A stretch of DNA of 32,000 nt from an uncultured Opitutales bacterium (GCA_934660865.1 CAKUIA010000008.1:1-32000), one strand, 5' to 3'; counted from the first letter of the stretch, positions 17,107 to 26,815 are shown. The notes: generated by a model not told the origin, from the sequence alone. Numbers and translations are program-made.

Positions 17107-17379
17107 ATGGCACACTGCAGAACCCCCGAAGAAAAGAAAAAACTTATAACGCGCCTTAAAAGACTTGAAGGCCAAATGCGCGGCCTGCAAAAAATGATAG
17201 ACGCCGACGCCGAGTGCATAGACATTCTGCGCCAGATAAATTCGGCGTCGGGAGCGCTGCACGGGGTGTGGCTTGAAGTTTTAAGCGCGCACATGAAAGG
17301 CTGCATATCGAACGCCCTTGCGCACAAAGACACAAAGCTTGTAGACGAACTAATAGAGCATTTAAAGAAAGTATCGTAA
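17107..17379 (+). CDS. CsoR/RcnR (DUF156) family metal-sensing transcriptional repressor
   Basis: The product is 90 aa. The core RLKRLEGQMRGLQKMIDADAECIDILRQI is typical of the family. The candidate ligand set is H3/C4, C37 and the H-x3-C in SAHMKGC. Confidence 0.85.
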   Translation: MAHCRTPEEKKKLITRLKRLEGQMRGLQKMIDADAECIDILRQINSASGALHGVWLEVLSAHMKGCISNALAHKDTKLVDELIEHLKKVS

Positions 17380-17380
17380 T

Positions 17381-19462
17381 ATGGAAGACAAAAACGGGCA
17401 CGAACACTGCTGCTGCCACAACCACAATGCGGCGGGCAAGGAACACCAACACAGCCGCAACGAAGCCGAACACGAACATTCGTGCTGCTGTTGCCACGGC
17501 GAAAGCCACAACGACCACTCGTGTTGCCACGGGCATAAAAACGAGTCGCACTCGTGCTGTTCGACACACAAAAGCGAAGGGCTGTTAAGCGAAAAGTCGC
17601 AGTTGTGGGTTTCGTTTTTGGCATTGGCAATAAGTTTTATTTGCGTTGCCTACGGCTACGAATTTCCGCTTAAGGGCTTTGCGGACCCCTCGTGGGTAGC
17701 CATATATTTTTGCGCAATGCCGATAATTAGCGAAGCCTTTAATATGCTTAAAAACAGGCAAATATCCAGCCCCTTGCTGGTAAGCGTTGCAATATTCGCC
17801 TCGCTTGCGCTGCAGGTTTTGTGCGCTTTCGGCTATTCGGGCGAAGGCGGGCACGGCCACAGCTACATATTTGTTGCGGGCGAAATAGCATTTTTGATGG
17901 CGCTGGGCGAATTTTTGGAGGAACGCACCGTGCAAAAGGCAAGGTCGGGCATAAACGCGCTTTCGGCAATGATGCCTAAAATAGCCAGGGTAAAACGCAA
18001 CGGCCGAGAAATCGAAATTCCCGCCCCGGAAATTGCCAAGGGCGATATTCTGTGCGTGCGCAGCAACGAAATGTTCGCCTCCGACGGCATTTTGCTTAGC
18101 GAAAGCGCAAGCGTAAACGAAGCGAATATGACGGGCGAAAGCCTGCCCGTTTCCAAAAAGGCGGGCGATTCGGTAATGTCGGGCACATTCAATGTTTCGG
18201 AATACGCCGAAGTTTTGGTGCAAAAAAGCGCGGCAAATTCGGCGCTTGCAAAGCTTGTAAAGCTTGTAGAGGAAGCCGAGGGCAAAAAAGCCCCCATTTC
18301 GAGGCTGGCAAACAAATGGGCTTCGTTCATAGTGCCAAGCGCCATAATATTGTCGGTTTTAGTTTTCGCGCTCTCAATGCTGTGCTTTTCGATTGGCTGG
18401 CAACAGGCCCTAATTAGGGGCATAACCATTTTGGTTGTATTTTGCCCGTGCGCCTTTGTGCTTGCAACGCCCACCGCCATAGCGGCGGCTATAGGCAACG
18501 GCGCAAAACATTCGGTGCTCATAAAAAGCGGCGAAGCCGTTGAACGCCTTGCAAAAACAAACACCGTGTTTTTCGACAAAACGGGCACTTTAACTACCGG
18601 CGAAATTTCGCTTTCGAAAATTGTTCCATGCGCCGATTTAAGCGAAGGCGAAATAGCGTCGCTTGCGGCCTCGGCCGAAGAGTTTAGCGACCACCCCATA
18701 GCAAAGGCGGTTGTAGACTTTGCAAAGTCTAAAAACATAGCCGTTGCAAAGGCCGACCATTCAAAAAACATTGCGGGCTTCGGCACGCAGGCTTTGGTAG
18801 ACGGCAAAACTGTATTTGTCGGCAAAGTAGACAAACAAAGCACAGAAAAGGCCCCCGAGGGCAAAGCTTGTACCCTTTCGCAGGTTAAGGTAGACGGCAA
18901 AATTGTCGGCTATCTGGAATTTGCCGACACAATAAGAGCGTCGGCCAAGGCTGCAATAGAGCAGTTGAAAGCGCTCGGCATAGACTACGCAATGCTTAGC
19001 GGCGACAACAAGTCGGCAGCCAACAACATTGCAAGCCAAGCCGACATTAAAAAGGTATTTGCCGAACTTTTGCCGCAAGACAAGCTCGACATTGTTTCTA
19101 AAACGCAATCTTCGGGCAAAAACGTATGTATGGTTGGCGACGGCGTAAACGACGCCCCCGCCCTTGCCCTTGCAAACGCCTCCATTGCCGTTGCCGACTT
19201 AAAGAACGACATAGCGTTGTCTACGGCGCAAGCCTCGCTACTGGGCGGCGACCTTACAAAAGTAGCCGGCCTTATAAGGTTTTCAAAAACTACAATATTT
19301 ACGGCAAAGGCGAATATGGTATTTTCGGTTTGCGTAAACATATGCTCGGTAGTGCTGGCGTTTTTCGGAATTGTTACTCCCGTATGGGGCGCGCTTATAC
19401 ACAACCTGTCGTCGGTAACGGTTGTGCTAAATTCGGCTTCGCTTTTAAAGCGCAAACTATAA
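17381..19462 (+). CDS. P1B-type heavy-metal-translocating ATPase with a His/Cys-cluster N-terminal tail
   Basis: The P-type motifs are all present: TGES (MTGESLPV), CPC in TM6 (VVFCPCAF), DKTGTLT and GDGVNDAPAL. The N-terminus HEHCCCHNHN...HEHSCCCCHGESHNDHSCCHGHKNESHSCCSTHK takes the place of a ferredoxin-like HMA domain. The start codon lies 1 nt after the repressor stop. Confidence 0.9.
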   Translation: MEDKNGHEHCCCHNHNAAGKEHQHSRNEAEHEHSCCCCHGESHNDHSCCHGHKNESHSCCSTHKSEGLLSEKSQLWVSFLALAISFICVAYGYEFPLKGFADPSWVAIYFCAMPIISEAFNMLKNRQISSPLLVSVAIFASLALQVLCAFGYSGEGGHGHSYIFVAGEIAFLMALGEFLEERTVQKARSGINALSAMMPKIARVKRNGREIEIPAPEIAKGDILCVRSNEMFASDGILLSESASVNEANMTGESLPVSKKAGDSVMSGTFNVSEYAEVLVQKSAANSALAKLVKLVEEAEGKKAPISRLANKWASFIVPSAIILSVLVFALSMLCFSIGWQQALIRGITILVVFCPCAFVLATPTAIAAAIGNGAKHSVLIKSGEAVERLAKTNTVFFDKTGTLTTGEISLSKIVPCADLSEGEIASLAASAEEFSDHPIAKAVVDFAKSKNIAVAKADHSKNIAGFGTQALVDGKTVFVGKVDKQSTEKAPEGKACTLSQVKVDGKIVGYLEFADTIRASAKAAIEQLKALGIDYAMLSGDNKSAANNIASQADIKKVFAELLPQDKLDIVSKTQSSGKNVCMVGDGVNDAPALALANASIAVADLKNDIALSTAQASLLGGDLTKVAGLIRFSKTTIFTAKANMVFSVCVNICSVVLAFFGIVTPVWGALIHNLSSVTVVLNSASLLKRKL

Positions 19463-19486
19463 AAAGCACGCCAAACGCAAAATTTC

Positions 19487-19516
19487 GGGGCGCGGCAAAA
19501 AACCGCGCCTTTCTTG
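19487..19516 (+). terminator. Intrinsic terminator after the ATPase gene
   Basis: Stem GGCGCGG (19489-19495) / CCGCGCC (19503-19509) with loop CAAAAAA, followed by TTTCTT. Confidence 0.6.
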
Positions 19517-19694
19517 TGTATATTTCAAAAGCAAAGTTATACGAAACCCAGCACTTTACCGCACTTAGCTATGGCTGCGTTCCCAAAAATATCTTGCAAT
19601 AGATATATTATTGGGCAAACTTTAAAAGCTTTATTGCGTGCGTTCTTTTTATAGTTTACAAAATTATGCGCCAGTAGAACAACACATCAACACA

Positions 19695-21137
19695 ATGAAC
19701 CCTAAAAAACTTGTATACCTTATAATTTGTATGGCGGTTGCATTAACTGCATGGTTTTTGCCCCCCGAAACATTCCACATACAAAATTTGACAGTAATAG
19801 AACAGCGCGTAATAGCAATTTTCCTGTTTGCGGCCCTTATGTGGATTACCGAAGCAATCCCATCGTGGACAACGTCGGTTTTAACAATAGCGCTTATGCT
19901 GTTTACCGTTTCCGACTATTCGCTGTTTTGCTTTAAACCCGCCGAGGGCGTTTCGGCCGAAGTTTTCGGCCATGCGGTTAAATACCGAACCCTTATGGCT
20001 ACCTTTGCAGACCCTATAATTATCCTCTTTATGGGCGGCTTTGTTTTGGCGATAGGCGCCGAAAAAGTGGGGCTGGACAAAAACTTGGCAAGAGTTTTGT
20101 TTAAACCCTTCGGCAAAAGGTCGGGTGTGGTTTTATTGGGCCTTATGTTTGTAACCTCGGTATTTTCGATGTTTATGAGCAACACGGCCACAACCGCCAT
20201 GATGTTTGCTGTTATGGCGCCCCTTCTAAAACCCGCGGCCGACAGCGGCAGGGGCAGAACCGCCCTTATTTTGGCCATTCCCGTTGCGGCAAACATAGGC
20301 GGAATAGGCACGCCGATAGGCACGCCGCCAAACACTATAGCGCTGGGCTACCTTAACGAACAGCTTAATTTGGGCATAGGTTTCGGCCAGTGGATGCTTG
20401 TAATGGCGCCCTTTGTGCTTGTTTTGATAGGCATTATGTGGCTTTTCCTCTTAAAAATGTTCCCCTTTAAAAGAAAGGAACTAGAGCTTAACTTCGACTG
20501 CAAATTCGAAAAAAGCACAAAGGCCTACATTGTATATGTCGTCTTTGCGGTTACCGTTTTGCTTTGGATGTTCGACAAGGCAACGGGGCTAAATTCAAAC
20601 ATTATTGCAATTATACCCATTGCGGCCTTTGCGGTTACAGGCGTGCTTACCAAAAACGACCTTAAATCCATCAGCTGGGACGTTCTTTGGTTGGTGGCAG
20701 GCGGTTTTGCGCTGGGTGTTGGGCTAAACCAAACGGGCTTGGCAAAGCACTTGGTAGATTCCATTCCCCTTAGCACCTGGAGCCCCGTTATGACAATAAT
20801 AGGCGCGTCGCTCTTGTGCTATGCAATGTCTACTTTTATGTCGCACACGGCGGCAATGAACCTGCTTGTTCCCGTGTTGGCCGCAGTCGGCGTCGGCATG
20901 AAAGACGCGCTTACACCCTACGGCGGCATACCCACGCTGCTTATAAGCGTGGCTTTGTCGGCCTCGCTGGCGATGATTTTGCCGATAAGCACGCCGCCAA
21001 ACGCCATCGCGTATTCAACCGATATGATTAAGCAAAAAGACATGGCCATAGTCGGCATATTTGCGGCCGTTGTCGGCCTGCTTGCAAGCTTTGCCCTGTT
21101 GATAGGCTTGGGAACGCTAAAATATTTTAATTCGTAA
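19695..21137 (+). CDS. DASS/SLC13 family anion:sodium symporter (di/tricarboxylate or sulfate type)
   Basis: Both hairpin-tip motifs are present: SNTATTAMM, with GTPPNTIA and STPPNAIAY. The protein is strongly hydrophobic across about 480 aa. I prefer the start at ATG 19695 (MNPKKLVYL) to the GTG at 19638. Confidence 0.8.
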   Translation: MNPKKLVYLIICMAVALTAWFLPPETFHIQNLTVIEQRVIAIFLFAALMWITEAIPSWTTSVLTIALMLFTVSDYSLFCFKPAEGVSAEVFGHAVKYRTLMATFADPIIILFMGGFVLAIGAEKVGLDKNLARVLFKPFGKRSGVVLLGLMFVTSVFSMFMSNTATTAMMFAVMAPLLKPAADSGRGRTALILAIPVAANIGGIGTPIGTPPNTIALGYLNEQLNLGIGFGQWMLVMAPFVLVLIGIMWLFLLKMFPFKRKELELNFDCKFEKSTKAYIVYVVFAVTVLLWMFDKATGLNSNIIAIIPIAAFAVTGVLTKNDLKSISWDVLWLVAGGFALGVGLNQTGLAKHLVDSIPLSTWSPVMTIIGASLLCYAMSTFMSHTAAMNLLVPVLAAVGVGMKDALTPYGGIPTLLISVALSASLAMILPISTPPNAIAYSTDMIKQKDMAIVGIFAAVVGLLASFALLIGLGTLKYFNS

Positions 21138-21157
21138 AAACGAAAAAACCGGCGACA

Positions 21158-21188
21158 AAAAAGCCCCGAATTAGGGGCTTTTTTTTGC
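21158..21188. terminator. Bidirectional intrinsic terminator between convergent genes
   Basis: Stem AGCCCC (21162-21167) / GGGGCT (21174-21179) with loop GAATTA, flanked by A6 upstream and T9 downstream. Confidence 0.8.
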
Positions 21189-21227
21189 GCAATAAAACGC
21201 GATAACTTACCCGCAAAGGGAAAGCGC

Positions 21228-21770
21228 TTAGTAGTTTTTGCACGGCTCTATTTCGAAATACGCCCTTGCATGCGAGCAAACGGGACACGTTTCGGGGGCG
21301 CGTTTGCCCCTGTGCAAATGCCCGCAGTTAGAGCACTTCCACACAAGCTCTTCGCCGCGCTCGAACACTTTGTTGTTTTCGATGTTTTCCAGCAGTTTTT
21401 TATAGCGCAACTCGTGCGCCTTTTCTATCTTTGCAACACCCTCGAACAATACCGCTATTTTGTCGAAACCCTCGGCGCGCGCCTGCTCGGCAAAATTCAG
21501 ATACATATCGGTCCATTCGTAGTTTTCGCCGGCAATGCAGTCTTTTAAATTCTCGGCCGTATCGGGAATTTCGCCGCCTTTTAGCAGTTTAAACCAAATT
21601 TCGCCGTGTTCCTTTTCGTTGGCGGCCGTGTCTTCGAAAAACGCCGCTATTTGCACAAAGCCCTCGGCTTTGGCCTTTGAAGCGTAATATGTGTATTTTG
21701 TGCGCGCTTTTGCCTCGCCGGCAAAGGCCTCCAGCAAATTGCGTTCGGTTTTTGAGCCTTTTAAATCCAT
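21228..21770 (-). CDS. rbr: Rubrerythrin
   Basis: The N-terminal ferritin-like diiron domain is present ([27 protein letters not shown]). So is the C-terminal rubredoxin-like CxxC...CxxC (CSNCGH...CPVCSH). A strong Shine-Dalgarno sequence, AAGGAGAT, precedes ATG 21770. Confidence 0.9.
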   Translation of the reverse strand: MDLKGSKTERNLLEAFAGEAKARTKYTYYASKAKAEGFVQIAAFFEDTAANEKEHGEIWFKLLKGGEIPDTAENLKDCIAGENYEWTDMYLNFAEQARAEGFDKIAVLFEGVAKIEKAHELRYKKLLENIENNKVFERGEELVWKCSNCGHLHRGKRAPETCPVCSHARAYFEIEPCKNY

Positions 21771-21835
21771 ATATCTCCTTTTGTTGATATACAGACAATC
21801 GTAATTTTTGCGCACAAACTTAAAAATTTGCGCAC

Positions 21836-21876
21836 AAAAAAAGCGCGTTAAAATGCTTTTTACACCCTAACGCGCC
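21836..21876 (-). terminator. Intrinsic terminator downstream of tyrS
   Basis: Stem GCGCGTTA (21843-21850) / TAACGCGC (21868-21875). On the minus strand it is followed by T7. Confidence 0.6.
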
Positions 21877-21896
21877 TTTAAAATTTGCAATGCTAC

Positions 21897-23123
21897 CTAC
21901 TGTTTTAAAAGCGCCTTGTGGAATATCTTTTTGCCCTTTTTAATCTTAAGGGTTTCCTGCAAATCTTTTGCAAAATAAAAAGGCTCGGGCAGCGAAACTT
22001 TTTGCCCGTTAACACTTACGCCGCCCTGCTGCACAAGCCTGCGGGCTTCGCCCTTGCTGGGGGCAAGCTTGCATTTTACCATAAGCTCGGTAATGCTTAT
22101 GCCCCTTTCGGGGATTTCCGAAGCGTCTATTTCGGTAGAGGGCATATTTGCGTCGTCGCCCTCGCCCGAAAACAGCGCATGCGAAAGGGACTTTGCCTTG
22201 TCGGCGTTTTCTTTGCCGTGCACAAGCTCGGTAAGGCTGTATGCCAAAATTTCCTTCTTTTCGTTTATGCGGCCGTCGTCCCAAGCCTCCATTTGGGCGA
22301 TTTCTTCTAGGGGAATAAACGTAAGCATTTTAAGGCATTTGTTTACGTCGGCGTCGTCTACATTGCGCCAGTATTGGAAAAATTCGAACGGAGTGGTTTT
22401 TTCGGGGTCTAGCCATACCGCGCCCTTTGCGGTTTTGCCCATTTTTTTGCCCTCGCTGTTCAACAGCAATGTAATTGTCATGGCATAGGCGTCGTCGCCC
22501 GTTTTGCGGCGTATAAGGTCGGTGCCGCCAAGCATATTGCTCCACTGGTCGTCGCCGCCAAACTGCATATTGCAACCGTAGTTGTCGTGCAGATACAGAA
22601 AGTCGTACGACTGCATTATCATGTAATTGAATTCCAAAAAGCTAAGCCCCTTTTCGAGCCTTTGTTTATAACACTCGGCGCGCAGCATGTTGTTTACCGA
22701 AAAACACGCGCCTACGTCCCTTAGCAGGTCTATGTAGTTTAGCTTTAAAAGCCAGTCGGCGTTGTTTACCATAATGGCCGCGTCGTCGCCGAATTTTATG
22801 AAGCGCTCCATCTGCTTTTTAAAGCAGTCGCAGTTATGCTGAATGGTTTCGGGCGTCATCATCGAGCGCATGTCGGTTCTGCCCGATGGGTCTCCTATAT
22901 AGCCCGTGCCGCCGCCTATCAAAACCACGGGTTTGTTGCCCGCCATTTGCAGGCGTTTCATAAGGCAAAGCGCCATAAAGTGCCCAACGTGAAGCGAGTC
23001 GGCCGTAGGGTCGAAACCTATGTAAAATTTGGCCCCGCCCTTGTTTATAAGCTCCTTAATTTCGCTTTCGTTGGTAAGTTGGGCAATAAGCCCCCTTGCT
23101 TTTAATTCTTCGAAAATTCCCAT
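21897..23123 (-). CDS. tyrS: Tyrosine--tRNA ligase
   Basis: Class I signature motifs are present: the HIGH variant (DSLHVGH) and the KMSKS variant (KMGKT). The C-terminal S4-like domain is present (EARRLVQQGGVSVNGQKV). The length is 408 aa. Confidence 0.95.
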   Translation of the reverse strand: MGIFEELKARGLIAQLTNESEIKELINKGGAKFYIGFDPTADSLHVGHFMALCLMKRLQMAGNKPVVLIGGGTGYIGDPSGRTDMRSMMTPETIQHNCDCFKKQMERFIKFGDDAAIMVNNADWLLKLNYIDLLRDVGACFSVNNMLRAECYKQRLEKGLSFLEFNYMIMQSYDFLYLHDNYGCNMQFGGDDQWSNMLGGTDLIRRKTGDDAYAMTITLLLNSEGKKMGKTAKGAVWLDPEKTTPFEFFQYWRNVDDADVNKCLKMLTFIPLEEIAQMEAWDDGRINEKKEILAYSLTELVHGKENADKAKSLSHALFSGEGDDANMPSTEIDASEIPERGISITELMVKCKLAPSKGEARRLVQQGGVSVNGQKVSLPEPFYFAKDLQETLKIKKGKKIFHKALLKQ

Positions 23124-23229
23124 AGTAAAAAATTTTTATGCCTTGCAATAGAACACACAATTTGCGCAATTTGCAATATATAAAGAAAATTGCGCGGGCT
23201 ATTTTTCCGTTTTTTCGGGCCGCGCAGGC

Positions 23230-23808
23230 CTATTTAAAACTCCATTTATATTTTATGGTGGCGGCCCTCAACGCAAAAATCATCAAAAAGGCAAGCACGG
23301 GCATATTTGTAAAATGCAAAAACAAAAGGCCTATAATTGAATTTGTAGCATACAGCTCGCCCCTGAATATAAACGGGCGCCTGTTTAGTGCAATGTCACG
23401 CAAAAGGCCTCCGCCGCAGCCCGTAAACAAGCCCATAACAACGGCAACTTCGCCCGAGTCTACAACGCTTTGCGAAATCATATAGCCTTGCACCGAAAAC
23501 AGCGCCAACCCTGCGGCGTCGAACCAGTTTACTATATTTTCGCGCCTTTGCATAAACCTCGACACTATGTAGGTTAAAACCGCGCAAACTATGCAAATGT
23601 TAAGGGAATATAAATAGGCGTCGTGCAGCCAAAATACGTTGCGGTTTAAAATTACGTCCCTGATTGTGCCGCCGCCTATGCCCGTAAATGTGGCGACAAA
23701 AACAACTCCTACAATGTCCAAATCCTTTTTAAACGCAGCCAGCGCGCCCGATACGGCAAAGGCGGCCAACCCCAAGATTTCGAAAATCAACGGCAAATTC
23801 GGTTCCAT
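23230..23808 (-). CDS. Trimeric intracellular cation channel (TRIC / UPF0126) family membrane protein
   Basis: There are two UPF0126 repeats, each with the conserved glycine motif: GIGGGTIRDV and GCGGGLLRDI. Confidence 0.8.
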   Translation of the reverse strand: MEPNLPLIFEILGLAAFAVSGALAAFKKDLDIVGVVFVATFTGIGGGTIRDVILNRNVFWLHDAYLYSLNICIVCAVLTYIVSRFMQRRENIVNWFDAAGLALFSVQGYMISQSVVDSGEVAVVMGLFTGCGGGLLRDIALNRRPFIFRGELYATNSIIGLLFLHFTNMPVLAFLMIFALRAATIKYKWSFK

Positions 23809-23864
23809 ATTTTCATTATGCCATGCGCGGCTTTCACGTTAAAGCACAAACTTTGCAAAGCGCA

Positions 23865-23900
23865 AAAAAAACGCCCCTCTTAAAATGCGGGGCGCTTTTG
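23865..23900 (-). terminator. Intrinsic terminator downstream of the GH2 gene
   Basis: Stem CGCCCC (23873-23878) / GGGGCG (23890-23895). On the minus strand it is followed by T8. Confidence 0.65.
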
Positions 23901-23906
23901 CAACTG

Positions 23907-26387
23907 CTAGTCTCTAACTATATTCAAGGCTTTGTTCCACTTTTTATAGTCGGCAATCTTAAAGGGCGGCTTGCCGTACATATAGTGGTTAAGGCTTTCG
24001 TCTTTTTCGCCCTGCCCTTTGTACGTTATAAGCAACATTCCCTGCGCTGCGGGCTGTTTTAGCTTTGCAATAGTGTTTTTTGCATTTGCATTTACGGCAA
24101 ATTCGCCGTTAAACAATTCGGCGCCCGAATCTATGTCTACAACCTTTACGCTTCCCTTTGCGGGCTTTAGCGAATCGTTTACAGCCACAAGTTCCAGATT
24201 GTCGTTTACCATGCAGCACACCGTTTTTTGTGCGCGCTTTATATAGTAGTAGGCAAGTTTTTTGGAATTGTAGTAGTCTACAACGGCGTCCGACAAAATG
24301 GGCCAGGCGTCGCGCAAATTCCACCAAATTATGCCCGTTTTTGCGGCAAATTTTTGGCTGCGCCAAAGCTCTATAAAATATTTCTTGGCCTCGGCCTGCA
24401 CGCTTTGCGAGGCAAAAATAAATTCGTCCAAATCTTCGGGGCATTCGCCGAACAAATGCTTTATTTGGTTTACCATAAGCATATTGCGGTGCGCTTCGGT
24501 GTCGCCGTCTTTATACGGCATAACAGCCTTGCACTGCCACTGCTTGTTAAACTGGAAATCTTTGCCCTTTATAAAGGGATACACATAGTCTTTGTCCATC
24601 ATCTTTTGCAGGCTGCTTTTGTTGGGGCAGCCGTGGTAGCCTATTTCGCTTACAAACCTGCATATTGCGTTTGTGTAAAAGGGTATTTTATAATGGCCTC
24701 TCGGCCCCCACATGTGCGCTTCGGGCGGGGCATATTTTTTGTTGTGCACAACGGTTTTTTCCGACATATACGGCGAACTTGGCAGATACGGGATTATCCA
24801 GTCGTATTCCCTTATAACCGCGGGTATTACCTTTCTGCTTAAAGTGTCGTGCTGCGGGGCGAACAGCTTTTCCCTTATGCGCCAGTTGTAGGCCTGGTCG
24901 TTTTCGTTATTGCCTGCATACAGCGCAAGCGATGTTCTGTGCCTTAGCCTCTTTACCTGAAAGGCCACCTCTTTTCTTATCTTTTCGTAAAACTCTTCGG
25001 TTTGCGGGTAAACCGAACAGCCCATCGCAAAATCCTGCCAAACCATAATTCCGTATTTGTCGCATAGGTCGAAAAACTTTTCGCTTTCGTATACATTGCC
25101 GCCCCAGCACCTTACCATATTGCAGTTTAAGTCCGCCATCATTTCAACCGCGCTTTGAACGTGCTCTAAATCCCTGCTATGCGAAGCATCTAGCGGAACC
25201 CAATTTGTGCCCCTTATAAATACGGGAATATCGTTTACGTAAAACTTAAATTCGCCCTTAAGCGAGTTTTCGTCTACTTTGCCGAAGGCTTCGCCGTTTC
25301 TGGTTGTGATAACTTTTTTTGAGGCTTCGCCGCTTAGCTCTATTTCCGAAAAATCCAGCCTTACGGTTCTAAAGCCCATTTTCTTTCGACATTCGGCAAG
25401 CGTTTTGCCCGTTTTGTCCAAAAGGCTTACGTTTATGTCGTATAGCGGCTGGTCGCCGTAGCCGCGGGGATACCACAAATCCACGCCGCCTATCCACCGC
25501 GCGTCCTTTACGTTGTACGAAAGCGGCTTTTTCGTGTACGAAGCAATTTCCCTGCCGTCTTTGCAAACCGAAATTTTCACGGTAATGTTGTCCAGCTCTT
25601 CGAAAGGCGTTTGAATTTTCAAATCGAACGCCAGCATTGCCCTGCGCTTAGACGGCTCTACATACAAGGTAAAGGGGTAAAACTCCGAAATCGCAACTTC
25701 GTTTTCCACATTCAAAAAAACCGACTTAAACAAACCGCAGTTTACAAGCCTGGGGTGAATGTCCCAACCGAAAGACGCGGGGGCTTTTCTTATGTGCACA
25801 AGCTCGGCGCGGTTGCCGCCCGAAGAGCCGGCAATGTCGTCGTACTTGGCGCTTTCTATTACGGGCGAACGCAGTACAACTTCCAGCAGATTTTCGCCGT
25901 TTTTATTTGCAACACCGCTTATGTCGTATTTTTGCGAAACAAACATATTGTCGCTGCTGCCTACAAGTTGCCCGTTTACAAAAACGTCTCCCAAAGTGTC
26001 TATTCCGTCGAAGTTTATAAAAAGCCTTTGCTTTTCGCCGAAGTCGGGGGCTTTAAATTTCTTTGAATACAGCCACTGGCAGCCCTCGAAGGGTCTGAAC
26101 AAGTATACATTGTCGCCCTTTTGCAAATCGGGCAAAACGCCCGCCTTTTGCAAATCAAGCTCGCAGTTGCCGGGAACTTTTGCCTTTACGGTTTTAACAT
26201 CTTTTAGCGCCTTAAACTCTTCGGGGCTTTTTGCAGCCCCCGCAAAGGGCTGTTTGGCATACGAGAGCTTCCAGTCGTCGCCGTCAAGACAAACGGTTTG
26301 CCCGCCAGATTGCGATTTGCCTCCGGCAAAAAGCGCAAAAATTGCGCAGGCTATAATTATAACGATAAATATGTATTTCTTTTTCAT
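23907..26387 (-). CDS. Glycoside hydrolase family 2, beta-mannosidase-like
   Basis: Signal/anchor MKKKYIFIVIIIACAIFALFAGG. RCWGGNVYESEKFFDLCDKYGIMVWQDFAMGCSVYP matches the conserved beta-mannosidase block. GNNENDQ fits the acid/base region and SEIGYHG fits the nucleophile region. At 826 aa the size fits. Confidence 0.7.
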   Translation of the reverse strand: MKKKYIFIVIIIACAIFALFAGGKSQSGGQTVCLDGDDWKLSYAKQPFAGAAKSPEEFKALKDVKTVKAKVPGNCELDLQKAGVLPDLQKGDNVYLFRPFEGCQWLYSKKFKAPDFGEKQRLFINFDGIDTLGDVFVNGQLVGSSDNMFVSQKYDISGVANKNGENLLEVVLRSPVIESAKYDDIAGSSGGNRAELVHIRKAPASFGWDIHPRLVNCGLFKSVFLNVENEVAISEFYPFTLYVEPSKRRAMLAFDLKIQTPFEELDNITVKISVCKDGREIASYTKKPLSYNVKDARWIGGVDLWYPRGYGDQPLYDINVSLLDKTGKTLAECRKKMGFRTVRLDFSEIELSGEASKKVITTRNGEAFGKVDENSLKGEFKFYVNDIPVFIRGTNWVPLDASHSRDLEHVQSAVEMMADLNCNMVRCWGGNVYESEKFFDLCDKYGIMVWQDFAMGCSVYPQTEEFYEKIRKEVAFQVKRLRHRTSLALYAGNNENDQAYNWRIREKLFAPQHDTLSRKVIPAVIREYDWIIPYLPSSPYMSEKTVVHNKKYAPPEAHMWGPRGHYKIPFYTNAICRFVSEIGYHGCPNKSSLQKMMDKDYVYPFIKGKDFQFNKQWQCKAVMPYKDGDTEAHRNMLMVNQIKHLFGECPEDLDEFIFASQSVQAEAKKYFIELWRSQKFAAKTGIIWWNLRDAWPILSDAVVDYYNSKKLAYYYIKRAQKTVCCMVNDNLELVAVNDSLKPAKGSVKVVDIDSGAELFNGEFAVNANAKNTIAKLKQPAAQGMLLITYKGQGEKDESLNHYMYGKPPFKIADYKKWNKALNIVRD

Positions 26388-26629
26388 ATCTTGTTAAAAA
26401 CAAACATTCTACAAAAACCTACCCCCATAAAGCACAAAGCGATACGCTAAAAACCGGCAAAGAAGTGTAAAACGCAGTTCATTTCATTTGTGTGCAAACT
26501 CTGTATAAAAATCGAATAACCATGTCAAACAATTTTGAGAGATTTACCCCAATATGCAGCCCTAAAAATAGAAATATGCGCTTGACATAATTTGGCGCTG
26601 ATAAAAGATTGCCCGAATAGTTCTTACCA

Positions 26630-26815
26630 TACTATGCGCCCAATGCAAAAAAACTTTGGGCGAAGTTTTTAACGCAAACGGAAGTCCCGTTAAATTCGGG
26701 CGCGGTCCCGCCGCTGTAATTTTCCGACACGTCTTTTACGCCACTGCAAACACGGGAAGGCAAAAGACGGTTTTCGCCAAACGAAATGGGAAATAGCCAG
26801 AAGACGCGCGTTAAA
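26630..26815 (+). promoter_or_regulatory. Cobalamin (adenosylcobalamin / B12) riboswitch
   Basis: Three conserved blocks appear in the correct order. The first is GGAAGTCCCGTTAAATTCGGGCGCGGTCCCGCCGCTGTAA (26680-26719), comparable to E. coli btuB GGGAAUCCAGUGCGAAUCUGG...GCAGCGGUAAGG. The second is GCCACTG...GGGAAGGC (26740-26761). The third is a B12-box-like AGCCAGAAGACGCGCG (26795-26810). Supporting helices are GGCGAA (26659-26664) / TTCGCC (26773-26778) and CGTCTTTT / AAAAGACG around the GCCACTG block. A BtuB-like receptor operon lies downstream. Confidence 0.85.

Noticed and set aside
17019-18900. Minus-strand ORFs of 203, 137, 212 and 345 aa
   Set aside because: They are antisense to the csoR-family and P1B ATPase genes, which carry unambiguous motifs. 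The Cys/Arg-rich 203-aa product is the mirror of the His/Cys-cluster coding region.
23124-23229. Possible T-box leader upstream of tyrS
   Set aside because: Only about 106 nt separate tyrS from the upstream gene, which is too short for a T-box. I saw no specifier or T-box sequence, and the other features point to a Gram-negative genome.
24019-26397. Several plus-strand ORFs (204, 151 and 212 aa)
   Set aside because: They are antisense to the GH2 beta-mannosidase-like gene and show no recognisable domains.
26582-26610. TTGACA hexamer as the promoter of the B12-riboswitch operon
   Set aside because: No acceptable -10 element lies at a 16-18 nt spacing, so I did not annotate it as a promoter.
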